NCBI GenBank assembly: GCA_049517335.1
Contig: JBEKSD010000002.1
Location: 78,523 to 142,522, forward strand
Direction of reading: 5' to 3'
From: Candidatus Omnitrophota bacterium
GTDB lineage: Bacteria; Omnitrophota; Gorgyraeia; Gygaellales; Profunditerraquicolaceae
Length of the DNA: 64,000 nt
This document shows, one piece after another, positions 10,309 to 19,168 of the stretch. The notes beneath the pieces were generated by a model that was given only the letters and a program-made list of their open reading frames with translations, searched no databases and was not told where the DNA came from. Made by a program: the position numbers and the translations under genes. Position 1 is the stretch's first letter. Each line of letters opens with the position of its first letter.

Positions 10309-11622
10309 ATGCCTGAGAACTTAATGGAAAAAATAGTTTCTTTCTCTAAGCGCCGCGGGTTTATTTTCCAGTCATCGGAAATATACGGCGGCTTAAGCAA
10401 TACCTGGGATTACGGACCGTACGGTATTGAGCTTAAGAACAATTTAAAACGCGCCTGGTGGAAAACAAATGTTTACGAGCAGGACGATATTTACGGTATG
10501 GACGCAGCCATCCTTATGCACCCCAAAGTCTGGGAGGCAAGCGGGCATGTTAATAATTTCTTTGATATATATTTAGATTGCCTAAACTGCAAAAAAAGAA
10601 TAAAAGTTGACGACCCAACTTTCAAGAAAGTAACTAATACCTGTCCTTATTGTGGCGAGTCTGGACTCACTGATCCAAGAGAATTTAATTTAATGTTTAA
10701 AACTCATCAGGGTCCAATTGAAGAAGCAGCCAATCTGATCTATCTTCGTCCTGAAACCGCGCAGGGGATGTTTGTTAATTTCTTAAATATCCTTGATTCA
10801 AAACACTCTAAGTTGCCTTTTGGGCTGGCTCAAATAGGAAAAGCATTCCGCAACGAAATCACTCCGGGAAATTTTACCTTCCGTACCCGGGAATTTGAAC
10901 AGATGGAGATTGAGTATTTTGTCAACCCTGAAGAAGCAGATAAAAAATACGAAGAGTGGATTAATGCCCGGTTCAATTGGTATTTAGGGTTGGGGCTAAA
11001 AAGAGATAACATACGTTTAAGGCCGCACGGAAAAGAAGAACTTGCGCATTATGCCTTGGCGTGTACCGACATAGAGTATAATTTCCCGTTTGGCTGGTCT
11101 GAGCTTGAAGGGATTGCCAACCGCACGGATTTTGACCTAAAGCAGCATGCTAAAGTGAGTGGTAAAGATCTAAGGTATTATGACGACGCAACGAAAGAAA
11201 GATTCTACCCTTATATAATTGAGCCTTCCGGCGGAGTGGACAGGAGCATTTTAGCGTTCATGGTCGATGCTTACCATGAGGAGAAAGTAAAGGGAGAAAC
11301 GCGCGTAGTGATGAAATTACACAAAGAGCTGGCTCCGATAAAAGTTGCAATTTTACCGCTTTTACGCAACCGGCCTGAAATCGTAGAGCTGGCAAAAAAA
11401 ATCAGCGCGGAATTAAAAAAGAAACTTGCCACTGTTTACGACGATACCGGCTCTATCGGCAAGCTTTACCGTCGGCAGGATGAAGTCGGCACGCTTTATT
11501 GTATTACGGTTGATGTACAGTCTTTGGAGGATAAACAAATTACGGTTCGCGATCGCGACACGATGTTGCAAGAACGAGTTTCGGTCGATAAAATAAAAGA
11601 ATATCTTGCAGATAAGCTATAA
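10309..11622 (+). CDS. glyQS: Glycine--tRNA ligase (alpha2 homodimeric type)
   Basis: 437 aa; SKRRGFIFQSSEIYGG N-terminus and class II synthetase motifs. Confidence 0.85.
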   Translation: MPENLMEKIVSFSKRRGFIFQSSEIYGGLSNTWDYGPYGIELKNNLKRAWWKTNVYEQDDIYGMDAAILMHPKVWEASGHVNNFFDIYLDCLNCKKRIKVDDPTFKKVTNTCPYCGESGLTDPREFNLMFKTHQGPIEEAANLIYLRPETAQGMFVNFLNILDSKHSKLPFGLAQIGKAFRNEITPGNFTFRTREFEQMEIEYFVNPEEADKKYEEWINARFNWYLGLGLKRDNIRLRPHGKEELAHYALACTDIEYNFPFGWSELEGIANRTDFDLKQHAKVSGKDLRYYDDATKERFYPYIIEPSGGVDRSILAFMVDAYHEEKVKGETRVVMKLHKELAPIKVAILPLLRNRPEIVELAKKISAELKKKLATVYDDTGSIGKLYRRQDEVGTLYCITVDVQSLEDKQITVRDRDTMLQERVSVDKIKEYLADKL

Positions 11623-11642
11623 AAAGGAGGGTTTTAAAAGTA

Positions 11643-14381
11643 ATGGTAAAGAAATACGTTTACAGTTTTGGCGGAGGTAAAGCAGACGGAAATGAAAGCA
11701 TGAAAAATCTTCTGGGTGGCAAAGGCGCCAACCTGGCTGAAATGGCAGGGCATAAAGATTTGAAACTTCCTGTTCCTCCGGGATTTACGCTTACTACCGA
11801 GGTTTGCACATATTATTACCAGCACCACCGGACTTATCCTTCTACCTTAAAAACAGAAGTAAATAAGGCGTTAGCGCATGTTGAGAAATTAATGCTCAGG
11901 AAATTCGGCGACGTGGAAAGCCCGTTATTGGTTTCCGTGCGCTCGGGCGCAAGAAAGTCCATGCCCGGAATGATGGAAACGGTTTTAAACGTCGGCCTGA
12001 CTGAAAGGACTATCCCCGGACTGATCAAGCAAAGCGGAGGCAATGCGCGTTTTGTTTATGATGCCTACCGCCGACTGATTATGATGTATTCCGACGTTGT
12101 TATGGAGAAAGCGGCAGGTATCGAGCCAAAAGACGAACAGGGAATACGCAAGCAGCTAGAAAGAATTATGTTGCAGATAAAGAATGAAAAAGGCTATAAG
12201 AGCGATACCGACTTAACTGCCGAAGATTTAAAGAAGCTCTGCAACCTTTTTAAGGCGAGAATCAAAGAAGTATTAAAGAAGGAATTTCCGGATGAACCTA
12301 TGCAGCAATTATGGGGCGGTATAGGCGCCGTATTTGCTTCATGGAATGGCAAGCGCGCGATTTCCTACCGCCGCATTGAGAGGATTCCCGATGAATGGGG
12401 AACCGCGGTAAACGTGCAGACCATGGTATTCGGCAATATGGGCAATGATTCCGCAACCGGCGTTGCCTTCAGCCGTAACCCCGGCACAGGAGAAAACTAT
12501 TTCTACGGCGAATATTTACTTAACGCCCAGGGCGAAGACGTTGTTGCGGGCATCCGTACGCCAGCCCCCATAAATGAATTATCAAAATCAGAACACAATA
12601 AAGAACTGGTCACACTGGAAAAATCCATGCCTAAACTCTATAAAGAACTGGTTAACTACCGTGACCGTCTGGAAAAACATTACCGCGATATGCAAGATAT
12701 TGAATTCACCATAGAAAAAGGCCGCCTGTTTATGCTTCAGTGCCGCGTGGGAAAACGCAACGGCCCGGCAGCAGTATGCATGGCTATGGAGATGATAAAG
12801 GAAAAACTGATTAAACGGGAAGAAGCAGTTCTAAGAGTTTCCCCTGAGCAGCTTGACGAGCTGCTTCATCCGATTATTAATCCTAAAGCAGAATTAACCC
12901 ATAAGCCGCTGGCTAAAGGTTTACCTGCAGGGCCGGGAGGAGCAACAGGGCAGATTGTTTTTTCCGCAAATGATGCAGTAGAATGGACAAAGCAGGGCAA
13001 AAAAGTAATACTGGTGCGCGAAGAAACCAACCCCGAAGATGTTGAGGGTATGCGCGCAGCTGAAGCAATTCTGACTGCCCGGGGAGGAATGACTTCACAC
13101 GCCGCCTTAGTTGCCCGTGGCTGGGGAAAATGCTGCGTTGTCGGATGCTCTGCGCTACATGTTGAATTTGATAAGAAAGAAATATCTATCGGAGGTAAAA
13201 CCTTAAAAGAAGGCGACTGGATTACCTTAAACGGAAGCAAAGGGAATGTCTATGAAGACAAGCTCCCGATGATGGACGCCACAAAGGAAAATAAAGTCCT
13301 TAACGCTTTCTTAAAGATTTGCGCTGACATTAAGAAACTGGGGATTCGCACTAACGCCGACACTCCAGAAGATGCGGCTAAAGCAAGGGAATTCGGCGCA
13401 GAAGGTATCGGCTTGTTCAGGACCGAGCACATGTTTTACGGCAAAGGCTCTGATGAAGCCTTGTTCCTGCTGCGTAAGATGATTATTTCAAAGACCTTGG
13501 AAGAAAGGACAAAAGCCCTTGATGAGCTGGCTCCTTATGTCAAAAAAGACATAAAAGGAACCCTTGAAGCTATGGATGGATTCCCGGTAGTTATCCGTTT
13601 ACTGGACCCGCCCCTTCATGAATTCGTACCGCGCGATTCCGAAAAGCTTGAGCACCTTGCAAAAGAGCTTAACATCAGTATGGAAGAATTGTCCGAGCGC
13701 GCAGAAAATTTACACGAATCTAACCCGATGATGGGACACCGCGGGGTACGTTTGGGAATAACTTATCCTGAAGTAAGCAGTATGCAGGTCCGCGCGATAT
13801 TTGAAGCTACGGCAGAGTTGATTAAAGAAGGCAGGAAACCTTATCCGGAGATTATGATCCCCGTTGTCTGTGACGTAAAAGAACTGACTAACCAGCTTGA
13901 GTTATGCCGCAAGGTTTATGCCGAAGTGCTGAAAAAATATGGGTTAAAAAATATCAAGCATATGTTCGGGACGATGATTGAAATTCCGCGTGCGGCATTG
14001 CTTGCGGATAAGCTTGCGGAAGTTGCTCAGTTCTTCTCATTCGGGACTAACGACTTAACCCAAATGGGATTTGGCTTTTCGCGCGATGATATTGGGGGCT
14101 TTGTTCCGGATTATCTGAAATTGGGTATTTTACCGGAAGACCCGTTCCAAAGCATTGACCAGGAAGGGATAGGCCAGCTTATTAAAATAGGCATTGAACG
14201 CGGCCGCAAGACAAATAAAAAACTTGAAGTGGGCATTTGCGGCGAACACGGAGGAGAGCCGAAATCAGTTGAATTCTGCCATAAAGTCGGCATGAATTAT
14301 GTCAGCTGCTCGCCGTTCCGTGTTCCGATTGCGAAATTAGCTGCAGCTCAGGCGGTATTAAAAGAAAAAAGAAATAACTAA
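11643..14381 (+). CDS. ppdK: Pyruvate, phosphate dikinase
   Basis: 912 aa; PEP-utilising enzyme motifs (GGMTSHAALVARGWGKCCVVG catalytic His region), C-terminal TIM-barrel motifs. Confidence 0.9.
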   Translation: MVKKYVYSFGGGKADGNESMKNLLGGKGANLAEMAGHKDLKLPVPPGFTLTTEVCTYYYQHHRTYPSTLKTEVNKALAHVEKLMLRKFGDVESPLLVSVRSGARKSMPGMMETVLNVGLTERTIPGLIKQSGGNARFVYDAYRRLIMMYSDVVMEKAAGIEPKDEQGIRKQLERIMLQIKNEKGYKSDTDLTAEDLKKLCNLFKARIKEVLKKEFPDEPMQQLWGGIGAVFASWNGKRAISYRRIERIPDEWGTAVNVQTMVFGNMGNDSATGVAFSRNPGTGENYFYGEYLLNAQGEDVVAGIRTPAPINELSKSEHNKELVTLEKSMPKLYKELVNYRDRLEKHYRDMQDIEFTIEKGRLFMLQCRVGKRNGPAAVCMAMEMIKEKLIKREEAVLRVSPEQLDELLHPIINPKAELTHKPLAKGLPAGPGGATGQIVFSANDAVEWTKQGKKVILVREETNPEDVEGMRAAEAILTARGGMTSHAALVARGWGKCCVVGCSALHVEFDKKEISIGGKTLKEGDWITLNGSKGNVYEDKLPMMDATKENKVLNAFLKICADIKKLGIRTNADTPEDAAKAREFGAEGIGLFRTEHMFYGKGSDEALFLLRKMIISKTLEERTKALDELAPYVKKDIKGTLEAMDGFPVVIRLLDPPLHEFVPRDSEKLEHLAKELNISMEELSERAENLHESNPMMGHRGVRLGITYPEVSSMQVRAIFEATAELIKEGRKPYPEIMIPVVCDVKELTNQLELCRKVYAEVLKKYGLKNIKHMFGTMIEIPRAALLADKLAEVAQFFSFGTNDLTQMGFGFSRDDIGGFVPDYLKLGILPEDPFQSIDQEGIGQLIKIGIERGRKTNKKLEVGICGEHGGEPKSVEFCHKVGMNYVSCSPFRVPIAKLAAAQAVLKEKRNN

Positions 14382-14383
14382 AC

Positions 14384-14459
14384 TAGGGACGGTTCTCAAG
14401 GCGAAGCTAAACTGTCCCCTAAAGGGGACAGTTTAAGATTAAGTTGAGAACCGTCCCTA
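14384..14459 (+). terminator. Nested double hairpin after ppdK: a 16-bp outer stem encloses a 12-bp inner hairpin
   Basis: TAGGGACGGTTCTCAA...TTGAGAACCGTCCCTA outer arms; AAACTGTCCCC/GGGGACAGTTT inner arms; lies between the ppdK stop and the sigma gene start. Confidence 0.5.
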
Positions 14460-14468
14460 AAACAACCT

Positions 14469-15284
14469 ATGGAATCCTTAAAATTATACCTCAAGGAAGT
14501 CAGAAACATACCTTTATTGACTCCACAGGAAGAAATTAATCTGACCCGTAGAGTGAAGAAAGGTGATGAGCAGGCGCGTAAAGGCATGATCCGCGCAAAC
14601 CTCAGACTGGTCATAAATATTGCTAAGCGCTATATGTATTTGGGTATCCCGCTCATAGACTTAATAGAAGAGGGGAACCTCGGGCTTATCAAAGCAGTTG
14701 AAAAATTTGAACCAAAGAAAGGCTTCCGCTTTTCAACTTATGCCGCATGGTGGATTAAACAGGGGATTACCCGTTCAATTTCAGAACAGGGAAAAATGAT
14801 CCGCATACCTGTTTACATGAATGAGCTAATCTCCAAATGGCGCAAGGCCAAAGAGCGGCTTTCCCAGAAGTTAAAACGCCTGCCGAAAGATGAAGAAGTT
14901 GCCAAAAAAATCAAGCTTACAAGAGATAAAATTGAACAGATAAACTTCTGGATGAGCTCATCCACGTCCTCACTTGATACTCCCATAGGGGATGAAGAAA
15001 ACAGCCAGGTCTCTGATTTAATAGAAGATAAGACCTCCGCTTCGCCGGATGCGACCGTCGGGATTATGATGGACAAAGAAAGAGTGAACAACCTTCTTGA
15101 TATAATGAGCGGGAGGGAAAAAGAAATACTTGATATGCGCTTCGGGCTTAATGACAATAAACCGCACACACTGGCGGAAGTTGCGCAAAAGCTGGGAGTT
15201 TCCCGCGAAAGGGTACGCCAGATAGAAGAAGCGGCTTTAAAGAAACTCAAAAAATTCGTAACCGATCAGGAGGGCGAGTTATGA
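14469..15284 (+). CDS. RNA polymerase sigma factor, sigma-70 family (short group 1/2-like, regions 1.2 to 4)
   Basis: 271 aa; region 1.2 LYLKEVRNIPLLTPQEE; region 2 RANLRLVINIAKRY; region 4 HTH LAEVAQKLGVSRERVRQIE. Confidence 0.75.
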   Translation: MESLKLYLKEVRNIPLLTPQEEINLTRRVKKGDEQARKGMIRANLRLVINIAKRYMYLGIPLIDLIEEGNLGLIKAVEKFEPKKGFRFSTYAAWWIKQGITRSISEQGKMIRIPVYMNELISKWRKAKERLSQKLKRLPKDEEVAKKIKLTRDKIEQINFWMSSSTSSLDTPIGDEENSQVSDLIEDKTSASPDATVGIMMDKERVNNLLDIMSGREKEILDMRFGLNDNKPHTLAEVAQKLGVSRERVRQIEEAALKKLKKFVTDQEGEL

Positions 15285-15805
15285 GCCCTAAAATCAACTT
15301 AAAAGGAATAATAAGGAATATCCCGGATTTCCCCAAGCCTGGAATTTTATTTTATGACATCACAACCCTGCTCAACGATAGAAAGGCACTTAAATACGCA
15401 GTTAATGAATTAGTAAAAAAATTTAAAAGTAAAAGAATAGATAAAGTGGTTGCCGTTGAAGCAAGGGGTTTTATTTTCGGGGGAGCGATTGCGCACCAAC
15501 TGAACGCGGGATTTGTCCCAGTCAGAAAAAAAGGAAAACTCCCGTGGAAAACCAATTCGGCAACTTATGCATTAGAATACGGGACAGATACCCTTTATAT
15601 GCATAATGACGCCATAAAGCCTAAAGACAATATTCTAATCGTTGATGACCTGTTGGCAACCGGCGGCACGATTAAAGCAGTAACGGATTTAGTTAACCAG
15701 CTAAAAGGTAATATAAAAGGGATAATTTTCCTCATTGAGCTGCTGGATTTAAAAGGTAAAGAAAAGCTTAAAGGTTATCCGGTATTTTCTTTGATAAAAT
15801 ATTAA
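15281..15805 (+). CDS. apt: Adenine phosphoribosyltransferase
   Basis: 174 aa; PRPP-binding motif [10 protein letters not shown]; N-terminal [12 protein letters not shown]. Confidence 0.85.
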   Translation: MSPKINLKGIIRNIPDFPKPGILFYDITTLLNDRKALKYAVNELVKKFKSKRIDKVVAVEARGFIFGGAIAHQLNAGFVPVRKKGKLPWKTNSATYALEYGTDTLYMHNDAIKPKDNILIVDDLLATGGTIKAVTDLVNQLKGNIKGIIFLIELLDLKGKEKLKGYPVFSLIKY

Positions 15806-15863
15806 GCAAAATTCTGCAAATCGGAGGTGGAGGTACCCAGCCTATGTTGGCAATAATAATTAC

Positions 15864-16121
15864 CGGACGCCCCTTATTTCGCCTATTTACGCTGATTTAT
15901 CCGGATTACCCCCTATGCTCATCCAGGTTGGTGAATGGGAAATTTTGTTAAGTGGTGATTCCACCCAGCTGGCGGAGCGGGCCCGTAATGCCGGAGTTGA
16001 TGTAACGCTAGAGGTGTGGGATTGTATGTGACATGTATGGTATTACTTTACGCCCTATGTACCCGAGAGCAAGCGTGCCATTAAGAAAATTGGAGAGTTT
16101 CTACGTAGCCATATAGACTAA
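15864..16121 (+). pseudogene. 3-prime remnant of an alpha/beta-hydrolase (esterase/lipase fold-3) gene with an in-frame TGA
   Basis: Frame 3 reads [82 protein letters not shown], resembling esterase C-termini; no N-terminal portion; stops upstream in the same frame. Confidence 0.6.
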
Positions 16122-16221
16122 ACCTGATACGTAAATCAGTTTAAGATAGCCCATGCATCAAAGGCGAGAAAAAGAATTAAAATCAGGTCAGGGTAGGGAA
16201 TATTTAAAAATTATTTTATCT

Positions 16222-16295
16222 GCGCCTATAGCTCATAAGGATAGAGCAGCAGTTTCCTAAACTGCGTGCGGCAGGTTCGATTCCTGCTAGGCGCA
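16222..16295 (+). tRNA. tRNA-Arg (anticodon CCT)
   Basis: 74-nt cloverleaf folded by hand: acceptor GCGCCTA/TAGGCGC, anticodon stem GCAGT/ACTGC, loop TTCCTAA, T-loop TTCGATT. Confidence 0.85.
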
Positions 16296-16306
16296 TCTAT
16301 TTATCT

Positions 16307-16957
16307 ATGTATAACTTACACACCCATACATTATTAAGCGATGGGGTATTACTTCCTTCGGAAGTCGCGGTGCGTTATCTTGATAAGGGCTATAAGGTAA
16401 TCGCGATAACCGACCACGCTGATTACTGTAACATTAAACCCCTAATAAACGCCGTTACCGCTTTCTGCAGCCATTGGCCCAAAAATTCCGGCATAACCGT
16501 CCTACCCGGCATTGAGTTAACCCATATCCCTCCCGAACAATTTAAGCCTCTGGCTAAATACGCGCGAAAAAACGGGATTAAGGTAATTGTCGCTCACGGC
16601 GAAACTACAATGGAGCCGGTAATAACGGGAACTAACCGCGCAGCGATTATGTCCGATATTGATATCCTCGCGCACCCCGGATTAATAAACGATGGAGACA
16701 CACTGCTTGCAAAGGAGAGAAATATTTTTTTGGAACTAACCAGCCGCAGAGGGCATTCAGATACCAATAATCACGTGGCAAAACAGGCGTTAAAACACGG
16801 TGTAAAACTGATATTGAATAATGACAGTCATGAACCGCAAGATATAATCACGCCTGAAGAATTAGCCGAAATAGGGACTAATTCGGGAGTCAGTAAAGAG
16901 GGTATTGATATTATATATAGGAACATAGAAGAATTTATAAAAAGGAGGAAAGGATAG
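16307..16957 (+). CDS. PHP-domain metal-dependent phosphoesterase (histidinol-phosphatase-like)
   Basis: 216 aa; N-terminal HTHTLLSDG and internal ITDHAD PHP motifs. Confidence 0.6.
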   Translation: MYNLHTHTLLSDGVLLPSEVAVRYLDKGYKVIAITDHADYCNIKPLINAVTAFCSHWPKNSGITVLPGIELTHIPPEQFKPLAKYARKNGIKVIVAHGETTMEPVITGTNRAAIMSDIDILAHPGLINDGDTLLAKERNIFLELTSRRGHSDTNNHVAKQALKHGVKLILNNDSHEPQDIITPEELAEIGTNSGVSKEGIDIIYRNIEEFIKRRKG

Positions 16958-16958
16958 G

Positions 16959-17423
16959 ATGAAACGAAAAAATATAGTTCTCGTATTTGTGTCTTTGTGT
17001 GTCCTCGTGTTCGCCGGGTGCGCCATGATGCAGCAGGATAAATCCTTAAGCTCTAGTACCTCAACATTAGAGCCGCAGGCAATGATTAAATTTCCCGATG
17101 TCCCTGTTCCCAGCGGTTTCAAAAGCCTACCTAGCCAGTCATATTCCTTTGAAAGCTCGGGCGTGCGGGTCGGAGTCTTAAAATTCCAGGGAAAAGCTGA
17201 AATAGACCAAATCGTGAATTTTTACAAAGAACAGATGGTAATGTATAACTGGAATCTGCTGAATGTAATTGAATACGGGGACCGCCTCTTGAATTTTGAC
17301 CGCGAAAATGAAACCTGCGTCATTACCCTGATACCGAAAGGAAAAACGGTTATAATTACTGTTTCTTTGGGGCCGAAATCGCAGGCAGTTACTAAAAAAA
17401 CGAAGAAAGAACCGGTAAAATAA
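16959..17423 (+). CDS. hypothetical lipoprotein
   Basis: 154 aa; signal peptide with lipobox LVFAGC. Confidence 0.45.
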   Translation: MKRKNIVLVFVSLCVLVFAGCAMMQQDKSLSSSTSTLEPQAMIKFPDVPVPSGFKSLPSQSYSFESSGVRVGVLKFQGKAEIDQIVNFYKEQMVMYNWNLLNVIEYGDRLLNFDRENETCVITLIPKGKTVIITVSLGPKSQAVTKKTKKEPVK

Positions 17424-17449
17424 TATAAGGTGAGAGAAGCGTAAAAAAC

Positions 17450-17482
17450 TCTTGACAAACATAGAGTTATGTGATAAAAAGG
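17450..17482 (+). promoter_or_regulatory. candidate sigma-70 promoter (TTGACA, 17-nt spacer, extended -10 TGtGATAAA) heading a roughly 200-nt leader of the porin gene
   Basis: TTGACAaacatagagttatgtgaTAAAAA; the -10 is weak. Confidence 0.25.
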
Positions 17483-17674
17483 ACATAATATAATTTGGAT
17501 ATACCATTGGAGATGGCTTTAATGTTCGGCGGAAAGGAGGATGAAGCATATAAAATAAGCCGGAGGCCAGAGAAAATCCAGTGATATACTATAGAAAATA
17601 TACCTAGGATACAATTGAAGAACCTAGTTAAGTGATATAGTCAAGAATTTTATTTATCAAGGAGGATTAAGCAA

Positions 17675-19099
17675 ATGAGGAAACATTTAATATTAGTTCT
17701 GGCATTAGCGTTAGTAGCCGGCTTAACCGTTGGCGCCTACGCTGAAGTCCAGAATGTAAAGTTAAGCGGAGACCTAACAGTCTTGGGCTTATCCCGCGAC
17801 TTATGGATTACTTCTCACCCCGCTGAAAATACTCTGGCGAGCATTGCCCGTTTAAGAGTTGATGCTGACTTAACGGATAATGTCATAGCCACGGTAAGGC
17901 TGATCAATGAAAGATATTGGGGAGCAACGATGGAGACAGGAAGTACTTCTACGAGCGATATGTCAGAAAACACCAATATTGACCTTGATTTAGCCTATGT
18001 AACCTTAAAAGAGTTCCTGTATTCACCGCTGACCTTAACCGTTGGCCGTCAGGAACTGCATTTCGGAAACGATATGATTATTGGTGACGCTTATACCAAT
18101 AACCATGCTTCCAAAGACAGCGTATTCAATAATACCATTGACAAAGATTTAAGTATGCGCAAATCATTTGATGCTATCCGCGCAACCTTAAATTATGACC
18201 CCTTGGTTATTGATGTTGTAGGCGCGCAAATTAGAAAAAACTATACAACTTATACGAATATAGCGGGTTATACAACTAATGCCTTAACTAAAGATGACCA
18301 GGAAACCCTCATTGGTATGAACGCTAATTACGCTGTTAGTAAAACAACAGACGTAGAAGGTTATTTCTGGAGTAGAAGAATAGGTAAGGATTCTATTACT
18401 GCCGGCAACAAACAAGACACGACCAATGTCGCTGGTGCGCGCATCGTTACCAAACCTATTACAAACTTGACTTACCAATTAGAAAGCGCATTTGAGTTTG
18501 GTAGAAATACGGTTAATACCAATACTTACACTGACCTGATAACCGCCGCTCCTTCTAAGGACTTGCAGCGCAGGGCTTGGGCACTTGAAACATCAGCAAC
18601 TTATGACTTTAAAGACTACAAGAAGATTGGCCAGTATAAGCCGACAGTAACCGCGCTTTATGCTTATTTTAGCGGTGACAGAGGTTCCGGAAGCGGTAGC
18701 AAAACCAACGGCGCTTGGGATCCGATGTATGAAAACCAGAAGTTCGGCGACATCGCCAATGCAGCATTCAACATGAGCGACGGACACACAGCAGGCGGTA
18801 TCGTAACAATGAAGCCTGTTGATGATGTCATGTTAAAAGGCGAATATTATGCTTTTTGGTTGGATAAGAGATATGCCGATGGCCAGCAAGTTGCCGTAGT
18901 AGCAACCGACGAAGTTGCAACGATGACCCATAAGAAATTCGTAGGACAGGAACTTGACCTTTCAGCAACCTATGACTACACTGAAGATGTGCAGTTCGGC
19001 ATCCTCGGTGGTATGTTCTTCACCGGCTCAGCTCTCGCAAAAGATAACAACCGTAATGTGGCAAGTGAAGTTATTGGTTCAATGAAGGTAACATTCTAA
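17675..19099 (+). CDS. outer-membrane beta-barrel protein (porin-like)
   Basis: 474 aa; cleavable signal peptide (AYA-EV); alternating amphipathic strands; C-terminal aromatic residue (..MKVTF). Confidence 0.55.
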   Translation: MRKHLILVLALALVAGLTVGAYAEVQNVKLSGDLTVLGLSRDLWITSHPAENTLASIARLRVDADLTDNVIATVRLINERYWGATMETGSTSTSDMSENTNIDLDLAYVTLKEFLYSPLTLTVGRQELHFGNDMIIGDAYTNNHASKDSVFNNTIDKDLSMRKSFDAIRATLNYDPLVIDVVGAQIRKNYTTYTNIAGYTTNALTKDDQETLIGMNANYAVSKTTDVEGYFWSRRIGKDSITAGNKQDTTNVAGARIVTKPITNLTYQLESAFEFGRNTVNTNTYTDLITAAPSKDLQRRAWALETSATYDFKDYKKIGQYKPTVTALYAYFSGDRGSGSGSKTNGAWDPMYENQKFGDIANAAFNMSDGHTAGGIVTMKPVDDVMLKGEYYAFWLDKRYADGQQVAVVATDEVATMTHKKFVGQELDLSATYDYTEDVQFGILGGMFFTGSALAKDNNRNVASEVIGSMKVTF

Positions 19100-19118
19100 T
19101 AAAAGTTATGTAACATAA

Positions 19119-19157
19119 AAAAGCCCTTGGGGGCGTAAGTCTCCGAGGGCTTTTTTA
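19119..19157 (+). terminator. Rho-independent terminator
   Basis: AAGCCCTTGGGGGcgtaagtCTCCGAGGGCTTTTTTATT hairpin followed by a T-run. Confidence 0.6.
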
Positions 19158-19168
19158 TTACCCATTAT

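Noticed and set aside
16029-16031. Possible TGA recoding (an alternative genetic code, as in some candidate phyla) suggested by an in-frame TGA inside the esterase-like frame
   Set aside because: The TGA falls at a position that is Ile/His in esterases, not Gly or Trp. All other genes terminate normally and the fragment also lacks its N-terminal two thirds, so pseudogenisation explains it better.
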